Notes under the pieces: generated by a model
Told to the model about the DNA's origin: nothing
Seen by the model: only the letters and a program-made list of their open reading frames with translations
Database searches by the model: none
Shown here: one piece after another, positions 49,316-55,723 of the stretch
Layout of the letters: each line of letters begins with the position of its first letter
How positions within the stretch are numbered: the stretch's first letter is position 1
Made by a program: the position numbers and the translations under genes
IMG/VR virus record: IMGVR_UViG_3300021197_001150
Span: 1-55,723 of that record
Source of the DNA: a virus
Taxonomy: Duplodnaviria; Caudoviricetes
Direction: 5' to 3' (one strand)
DNA: 55,723 nt

Positions 49316-51558
49316 AACCGAGCGACGAGTTACAAGCAGTATTCGATAAGTCAATTAATGACGCTAAGAAGTTAAGACACGAGTATGTTACTCTTGAACA
49401 CTTGTTATTCTCTATGCTATGCGTAGATAACTTTGTAAAAGTAGTTGAAGGTGCTGGTGCTGATCCTGAGTTCATTAAAAAGAACATTGAACATTATCTC
49501 AAAACAGAATTAAACGAAATTAAAGTCAAAGATGACATTAAAAAGTTTAAGCCAAAGAAAACTGCAACAGTAGAACGTGTATTAAATAGAGCATTTACAC
49601 AAGTATTGTTTAGTGGACGTAACAGTATTGAAGTTACTGATGTGTTCTTAAGTATTATGGGCGAAAAGAAAAGTTGGTCATACTATCATATTCAAAAGTC
49701 AGGTCTTACAAAAGAAGGCTTTTCAGATTACTTAAACACTGAATTAGATACTATCTATGAAGATGAAGAAATGCGTCAAGTTGCTGAAAAGGCTTTACGT
49801 GACTTTACAACTAACCTTAACAAAGAAGCAGGTAATCAAAAGATTGATCCTGTAATTGGTCGTGCAGAAGAACTTGAAGGCATTGCACTTGCATTAGGCA
49901 GGCGTTCAAAGAACAATGTACTACTTGTTGGTGATCCAGGTGTTGGTAAAACTGCTATTGCAGAAGGACTTGCATATAATATTGTTAATAAAGCAGTACC
50001 AGAGTTCTTACAAGAGTATTCAGTATATAACTTAGACATTAGTGCTATGTTGGCTGGATCAAAATACAGAGGTGACTTTGAAGAACGTTTTAAACTTGTA
50101 ATGAGTGCAATTAAAAAGCAAGGCAAAACGATTGTATTCATAGATGAAGCACACATGATGAATGGTGCTGGTAATGCAGGGTCAGGTGGGTCGAATGACT
50201 TGGCTAATATGTTAAAGCCTGCATTAGGTAAAGGTGATATTAAAGTTGTAGCATCAACTACTTGGGAGGAATACCGCAAATACTTTGAAAAGGATCGTGC
50301 ATTAATGCGTAGGTTCCAACGTCTTAGTGTTTCAGAACCTGATAAGAATGTAACTACAGAAATTTTACAAGGTATTAAAAAGTATTACGAGGAATTTCAT
50401 TCAGTTAACATCACTGATGATGCAATTGATGAAGCAATTAAGTTAAGTGTGAAGTATATGGCTGATAGAAAACTACCAGACAAAGCAATTGACTTATTAG
50501 ACTTGGCTTGTTCACGTTTTAACTTAAAAGAAGTAACAGTACGTGTTGTAGGCAAAGAAGAAATACAGTTTGAACTTGCAAAAGCAGTTAAACTACCGCC
50601 AGAACAAGTACAACAAAAAGAAACAAGTAACCTTGCTAACTTAGATAGCAATCTTAAGAAGCAAGTATACGGACAAGACACTGCAATAGATGAAATTGTA
50701 GATAAGATTCTTGTTGCACAGGCAGGACTTAAATCAGAAAACAAACCAATTGGATCGTTTGTGTTTATGGGTCCAACTGGTGTAGGTAAAACGGAAACAG
50801 CAAGACAACTTGCAAATGAATTAAGTGTTGAACTTGTAAGATTTGATATGTCAGAGTATCAAGAGAAACATAGTGTTGCAAAACTAATTGGATCACCTCC
50901 AGGATATGTAGGTTATGAAGATAGTGCAGGACTATTGATTACAAAATTACAAGAACACCCGAACTGTGTATTACTATTAGATGAGATTGAGAAAGCACAC
51001 CCAGATGTTTCACAAATCTTGCTACAGTTAATGGACAACGGAAAAGTTACAGGTAGCAACGGTAAAGAAGCCGATGCAAAAAATGCCATTCTGATTCTAA
51101 CAACCAACCTTGGTGCAGAACAGGCAGAGAAAAATGCAATCGGCTTCAATGAAGATATGGAAATGGATTACGAAGATACTGAACTTAAAAAGTTCTTTGC
51201 TCCAGAGTTCCGTAATAGACTTGATGGTGTTGTAGCATTTGGTAAACTTGAGAAGAATGTAATGATCAAGATTGTTGGCAAGTTCCTTGTTGAACTTAAA
51301 GACATGCTTACAGAGAAAAAAGTTACTGTTGATATTACAAATGAAGCCATTGATTACCTTGTTGATGTAGGCTTTGATAGTAAGATGGGTGCAAGACCTT
51401 TACAAAGAACTATTGATAAAGAGATCAAGAAGGATCTAAGTAAACTATTATTGTTTGGTGCTTTAAAGACAGGCGGACACGTAGTTATCGATGTTAAAGA
51501 CAATGCTATTGTACTTGTTACGGATAAAGCAACAAAACCCGTAACTGTTGATGCATAA
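49309..51558 (+). CDS. clpA: ATP-dependent Clp protease ATP-binding subunit ClpA-like
   Basis: Two AAA modules GDPGVGKT and GPTGVGKT, GYVG pore loop, IGF ClpP-docking motif. Confidence 0.93.
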   Translation: MVEPSDELQAVFDKSINDAKKLRHEYVTLEHLLFSMLCVDNFVKVVEGAGADPEFIKKNIEHYLKTELNEIKVKDDIKKFKPKKTATVERVLNRAFTQVLFSGRNSIEVTDVFLSIMGEKKSWSYYHIQKSGLTKEGFSDYLNTELDTIYEDEEMRQVAEKALRDFTTNLNKEAGNQKIDPVIGRAEELEGIALALGRRSKNNVLLVGDPGVGKTAIAEGLAYNIVNKAVPEFLQEYSVYNLDISAMLAGSKYRGDFEERFKLVMSAIKKQGKTIVFIDEAHMMNGAGNAGSGGSNDLANMLKPALGKGDIKVVASTTWEEYRKYFEKDRALMRRFQRLSVSEPDKNVTTEILQGIKKYYEEFHSVNITDDAIDEAIKLSVKYMADRKLPDKAIDLLDLACSRFNLKEVTVRVVGKEEIQFELAKAVKLPPEQVQQKETSNLANLDSNLKKQVYGQDTAIDEIVDKILVAQAGLKSENKPIGSFVFMGPTGVGKTETARQLANELSVELVRFDMSEYQEKHSVAKLIGSPPGYVGYEDSAGLLITKLQEHPNCVLLLDEIEKAHPDVSQILLQLMDNGKVTGSNGKEADAKNAILILTTNLGAEQAEKNAIGFNEDMEMDYEDTELKKFFAPEFRNRLDGVVAFGKLEKNVMIKIVGKFLVELKDMLTEKKVTVDITNEAIDYLVDVGFDSKMGARPLQRTIDKEIKKDLSKLLLFGALKTGGHVVIDVKDNAIVLVTDKATKPVTVDA

Positions 51559-51578
51559 GCCTTTAGATAAATACATGT

Positions 51579-51920
51579 ATGCCAAGCAATAGCGAAACAA
51601 TTTTATCAGCAAATACACATCCAGGAGACAGTACTGTTACGACTGTAACAGGAACTGATTACAAAGGTGATGGGTATTACGGTCGTGCAGATGGTTTGCA
51701 CACTGTACAGTACAATTATGCAGGTCTAACGGGTACTATTAGTATCCAGGCTTCACTTGCTACTACACCTGCAGAAAGTGACTGGTTTGAAGTACACTCT
51801 TACACAGCCGCAAACGAAACTGATAATAAATTTGCTAACTTTACAGGCAACTATGTTTGGATTAGAGCAAAACTTGTGTACACTGATGGTACTGTAAACA
51901 GTATCATGCTGAATCATTAG
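51579..51920 (+). CDS. Small beta-rich late protein, probably structural
   Basis: GDGYYG..DGLHTVQY, NFTGNYVWIRA; TAAATA-N5-ATG. Confidence 0.7.
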   Translation: MPSNSETILSANTHPGDSTVTTVTGTDYKGDGYYGRADGLHTVQYNYAGLTGTISIQASLATTPAESDWFEVHSYTAANETDNKFANFTGNYVWIRAKLVYTDGTVNSIMLNH

Positions 51921-51928
51921 GAGTTATT

Positions 51929-52195
51929 ATGGAAAGTATTAGTATTATATGGCAAGGTAAACAAGACGATGTTGATGCTATTGTTGCAGAACAAGTACTA
52001 AACTGTACAGGTGAAGCACTTAATGAATCAGAAACACACTTCCAAGTATTTGAGTCTGACAAAGGCGAAACTATCCTTACTATTGACACCCACAACAAGT
52101 TAAACGAAGCACAAAGCAATGAAATTGCTGAAGATATAGCCAATACGTTATTCGATATGGGCTTCTCCAAGTTCGATATAGAGATCTCTGTATAA
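51929..52195 (+). CDS. Hypothetical acidic protein
   Basis: SD AGGAG; in-operon. Confidence 0.7.
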   Translation: MESISIIWQGKQDDVDAIVAEQVLNCTGEALNESETHFQVFESDKGETILTIDTHNKLNEAQSNEIAEDIANTLFDMGFSKFDIEISV

Positions 52196-52257
52196 TCTTT
52201 TAGTTGACAAACTGTGATAAATACTTTATATTAGCAATATAAAGGGTTATTATCATT

Positions 52258-53727
52258 ATGAAAACATTTCAAGAATATTTAAAAGAAGCGGGTTTCCGTG
52301 AAGGTAGTAACGGCATTATCTTCAAAGGTAAAGAAATAGATACAGACACTATCGAATACGATATGCAAGATTATAGTGATATGATCTTTGTTATAGATAT
52401 TGGTGTAAAATACACAGACGGCACAGAAGTTGACGATGAAGATATGGACGACTTACAGGAACTTCCTGGAATAGTTGATTGGGTCTCTGATGATTACAAT
52501 GACAGAATGGCCGACAAAGCAGACATGTATAGAGATGCACAAAGGCACGGTGATTTTGAATCAGCAAATGAAGAAACGGATCCAGAAGTTTCAAATGAAA
52601 TGTATGGAATGATTTCCGATTTGGTTGAAAAATTCTCTAAGTTCAGAGGCGGTAACGGAGACAGATTACCAGACGGTTACATACAGTGGGCATTGAACTC
52701 AGGCATTACTACAGACTTTGTTGAAGAAAATGAGGCTGAAGCAATGAGGGAAAAATACGGCGAAGAAGAATTTGAAAATAATCCGCTGGGACACGTTGAC
52801 GAAATGCCAATTACAAAAGCGTTTCTGGATGAAATTGAAAAAATTACAGGCGATGATGACATTGATACGAATGCAAGAATTATTGATAAAGTTCAGTCAG
52901 GTGACGCTGATGAATCAACTAACGAAGGTGCATTTGATAAGGCAGATAGAATTACAGATCCAGTAGAACTTAATTTGTATGGTCCAGAAGACATAGAAAA
53001 TAATAGTCAACTGAGTGCAGAAGAACTTAAAGACGAGTTAGAGGGTGATATCTATCATTTAATGGATAAAGCCAGTGATGATTTTACTGACAATGATCAT
53101 ATTGCGGATGAAATGGGAGACCACTTTGCCAACATGCATCTTAAAGCCGACGATAAAACATTAAGTTGTTATATAGCGATGAGAGATTTAATTGATGCAG
53201 ATCCAGCAGACGTTTATGAGACAGGTAAGAAATGTCTTAAAATATTAGGTGCTCAAGAACATCAAGATCAGGAGCAAGGTAACAAAGGACCAAAAGGTCG
53301 TCCAGCCGCAGATGCTTATGCTGGCGGGATGGAATCAACTAACGATGAATTAGCACGTATCAAAGAACTTGCTGGGGCAAGTATTGACGAAACATACGAT
53401 GACGATGATGCATTTTACGAAGCATACGGTGAGATGTGGTACAATGAAGATGATATTGTAGACGAAGCAGAGTACCAAGGACGTAAAGTTAAACTTGGTA
53501 AGCCTATGCAAGGTGACGTTAAGAAGTTTAAAGTATACGTAAAAGATCCTAAAACAGGTAATGTAAAAAAAGTAAACTTTGGACACGGCGGATCAAGTGT
53601 TAAAGGTAAAGCAATGAGCATTAAAAAGTCTAATCCTAAAAGACGTAAGAGCTTTAGAGCAAGACACAACTGTGATAATCCAGGACCACGTACAAAAGCA
53701 CGTTACTGGTCATGTAGGAAGTGGTAA
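52258..53727 (+). CDS. Modular acidic protein with basic C-terminal domain; probable internal head protein
   Basis: MKTFQEYLKE N-terminus; C-terminal AEYQGRKVKL...RKSFRARHNC...ARYWSCRKW. Confidence 0.7.
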   Translation: MKTFQEYLKEAGFREGSNGIIFKGKEIDTDTIEYDMQDYSDMIFVIDIGVKYTDGTEVDDEDMDDLQELPGIVDWVSDDYNDRMADKADMYRDAQRHGDFESANEETDPEVSNEMYGMISDLVEKFSKFRGGNGDRLPDGYIQWALNSGITTDFVEENEAEAMREKYGEEEFENNPLGHVDEMPITKAFLDEIEKITGDDDIDTNARIIDKVQSGDADESTNEGAFDKADRITDPVELNLYGPEDIENNSQLSAEELKDELEGDIYHLMDKASDDFTDNDHIADEMGDHFANMHLKADDKTLSCYIAMRDLIDADPADVYETGKKCLKILGAQEHQDQEQGNKGPKGRPAADAYAGGMESTNDELARIKELAGASIDETYDDDDAFYEAYGEMWYNEDDIVDEAEYQGRKVKLGKPMQGDVKKFKVYVKDPKTGNVKKVNFGHGGSSVKGKAMSIKKSNPKRRKSFRARHNCDNPGPRTKARYWSCRKW

Positions 53728-53728
53728 T

Positions 53729-54070
53729 ATGAATATAGATGATTTAGGTATTGGTGCAAACGGATTTGATAAGAGTCCATCATATGATGTACCTACGGAT
53801 TTAATTGTGTTTATGAGAGATGATCCACAGTTTTACAGAAAGTCTTATTATCCAACAATGTGTGGATGCCAATCATCTTACAACAAAGGTGATAAAGATC
53901 AAAGCATGAAATTATTAATGCCTATGATTGATCAAGCAATTGGACAATATACTAAAAAATACGACTTACCATACGAAGCAAACGATCTTCTACCTATGGA
54001 AGAACGAAAGGAACTTGCTTCAGCAATCTACGAAATGGAAGTAGATGGGTTTAAAGAAGGCGAGTACTAA
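53729..54070 (+). CDS. Hypothetical protein
   Basis: DLIVFMRDDPQFYRK; ATG 53729. Confidence 0.7.
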   Translation: MNIDDLGIGANGFDKSPSYDVPTDLIVFMRDDPQFYRKSYYPTMCGCQSSYNKGDKDQSMKLLMPMIDQAIGQYTKKYDLPYEANDLLPMEERKELASAIYEMEVDGFKEGEY

Positions 54071-54633
54071 TGTTTTTAAGGGAACTATTTGAAGGCCCGG
54101 GAAAAGAAGCAAGTTTTGCATTAGGCAGAATGAATCCCGCACACAGAGGACATGGTCTTCTTGTAGAGGCTATCAAACAAGGTCCCGGTGATGCATTTTT
54201 ATTTTTAACAGATCGTCCTGCTAAACTTCCAACAGATCCTTTAAGTCCACAAGAAAAATTAGATTGGGCACAAAAAAGTTTTCCAGATATTACTATAGCA
54301 CTTGCAAAAAATATTTTTCCTGTTGCTGTAGATTTACACAATAGAGGTTATACTGACATAACAATATTTGAAGGCGAAGATAAACTACGCCCATTGTTAG
54401 AAAAGTATAACGGCACAGAAGCCGCACATGGTTTCTTTGACTTTGCAAGTATCAATCAAAAGAAACTTTCACGTGATGCTGATGCAGATGATGCCAGTGG
54501 TGCAAGTGCAACAAAATTAAGACAAGCGGCAATGGACGGAGACTTTGAAACATTTGAAAGTAATGTTTCGGACGCGGCTAAACCATATGCTAAAAAAATG
54601 TTTGAAAAATTACAAGGCATATTAAATGTATAG
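54070..54633 (+). CDS. Nucleotidyltransferase (HIGH superfamily, cytidylyltransferase-like)
   Basis: GRMNPAHRGH, DPLS, SATKLRQAA..GD. Confidence 0.8.
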   Translation: MFLRELFEGPGKEASFALGRMNPAHRGHGLLVEAIKQGPGDAFLFLTDRPAKLPTDPLSPQEKLDWAQKSFPDITIALAKNIFPVAVDLHNRGYTDITIFEGEDKLRPLLEKYNGTEAAHGFFDFASINQKKLSRDADADDASGASATKLRQAAMDGDFETFESNVSDAAKPYAKKMFEKLQGILNV

Positions 54634-54847
54634 CAGTATAGAAGAACTTAAGAAACTTGCAGGTGTAAATGAGTGGAGTGGTTACTCTGAATATAAACTT
54701 GACGAGAACCCAAGTGTTACTGCTACGGCATTAAAAGCAAAAGAAAAGAAATTAGGACTAAAGCCAGGTGATGCTGAATGGTTTAAACTTTGGTTTAGTC
54801 AACCTTTTTTAACAGGCACACCAACGTTTAGAGGACGTAAGAAATAA
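54626..54847 (+). CDS. Hypothetical protein
   Basis: EELKKLAG, KPGDAEWFKLWFS. Confidence 0.7.
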   Translation: MYSSIEELKKLAGVNEWSGYSEYKLDENPSVTATALKAKEKKLGLKPGDAEWFKLWFSQPFLTGTPTFRGRKK

Positions 54848-55723
54848 TGAGATTTGTTGATATAAAAGAAAACGGCGGTCGTGTTGTAAAAGGTGTTAAC
54901 ACTACACCTGATGTTGGCGTTGATGCTATCAAGAAACAAGCGGCCAAGTTTGGAAACACTGTAGACAAAGACGGTCGTCCACCTACACTATCTAAAAAAG
55001 TAAAAGGTTCTAAAACAAACGTATTGTTTAATTTAGGAATGGCTGAAAGTGTTGAAGAACGTTCATTATCTAAAGGCGAAGAAAAGAAAAAAGAAAAATA
55101 CGTTAAGGGTATGAAGAAGTCTAAAGGTGACTTTAAAGATCGTTATGGCAAAGATGCTGAAGCAGTTATGTATGCAACTGCTACTAAGATGGCAAAAGAA
55201 GGTCAAGTACACGAACTACAATCAGATGAATTATCAGAAGCAAGTGAAATATACATTGACATGGACGGTGTGCTTGTTGACTTCTTTGGTGAGTGGACTA
55301 AAATGCAAGGCGTTAAGGATTGGAAACAAATTAAAAACGTTGGCAAAGCATTACAAGACATTAGAGATACAGAAGATTTTTGGCTTAACTTAAAGCCTAC
55401 ACCTAACGCAGATAAACTGTTAGGATTAGTAAAAGAAATTAGAGGCGAGTACAATATTCTAAGTGCTCCTCTTGCAGATGATCCAAGAGCAGAACCACAC
55501 AAGCGTGAATGGATTGAAAAAAACCTAACTGCGTTTCCTCCTAAGAAAGTTATTATTACAACAGACAAAGCCAAGTATGCTACTTCAACAGGCGGCACAC
55601 CTAACATACTAATTGATGACTTTGGACAAAATGTTGCTAAATGGGAAAGTGCAGGCGGTGTTGGATTTAAACATAAGGATCACAAGTTTGAAAGAACTGC
55701 TAAAGAACTAAAAGCACATTTGA
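54847..55723 (+). CDS. Modular protein with HAD 5'(3')-deoxyribonucleotidase domain (3'-truncated; not in ORF track)
   Basis: Open from ATG 54847 to window end; IYIDMDGVLVDF, ILSAP, ILIDD...N...W...GG. Confidence 0.85.
   Translation, partial: MRFVDIKENGGRVVKGVNTTPDVGVDAIKKQAAKFGNTVDKDGRPPTLSKKVKGSKTNVLFNLGMAESVEERSLSKGEEKKKEKYVKGMKKSKGDFKDRYGKDAEAVMYATATKMAKEGQVHELQSDELSEASEIYIDMDGVLVDFFGEWTKMQGVKDWKQIKNVGKALQDIRDTEDFWLNLKPTPNADKLLGLVKEIRGEYNILSAPLADDPRAEPHKREWIEKNLTAFPPKKVIITTDKAKYATSTGGTPNILIDDFGQNVAKWESAGGVGFKHKDHKFERTAKELKAHL

Noticed and set aside
5698-51558. Inteins, introns or homing endonucleases in ligase, clamp loader, thyX, phoH or clpA
   Set aside because: All are of normal length with contiguous motifs
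1-55723. Stop-codon reassignment as seen in some jumbo phages
   Set aside because: Long genes are uninterrupted in the standard code; TAA, TAG and TGA all end recognisable genes; no suppressor tRNA seen
1-55723. Bacterial chromosome or cyanophage origin
   Set aside because: Host-like genes are isolated from their normal operons and interleaved with virion and lysis genes; no photosynthesis genes in this window, and msmA/fdxA/iscU look proteobacterial (a cyanobacterial host is not formally excluded)

Overview
AT-rich, gene-dense 55.7-kb segment of a large (jumbo-type, T4-superfamily-like) dsDNA myophage, probably marine and infecting a proteobacterium. Host and habitat are inferred from the msmA-like, alphaproteobacterial-style fdxA, iscU and phoH genes. 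It carries replication and nucleotide genes (ATP-dependent ligase, split dnaE fragment, RFC-like clamp loader, thyX, MazG-like, nucleotidase), a ~17-kb tail/baseplate block with a probable virion subtilisin, a lysis cassette (GH108 endolysin, spanins, holin candidates) and many host-like auxiliary genes (Prx5, SodC, UvsE, IscU, IscA, FdxA, QueD, PMM, GroES, DnaJ, ClpA, PpiC, Def, PhoH, 2OG-Fe(II) oxygenases). The most unusual region is 2.1-4.8 kb. It holds a glutamine (glnA-class) riboswitch in front of a small basic protein resembling a glutamine-synthetase inactivating factor, a tRNA-Arg(GCG), an AsnRS-paralog asparagine synthetase followed directly by a chimeric long-variable-arm tRNA with an Asn anticodon, and a methanesulfonate monooxygenase alpha subunit that has lost its Rieske cluster. 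Other signals are a preQ1-I-like RNA before queD, systematic leaderless TAA(A/G)TA-N5-ATG late genes, capsid-targeting-like N-termini on enzymes, and phycobiliprotein-like C-x-R-D repeats in a giant virion protein. All assignments come from motif recognition by eye; no searches were run.
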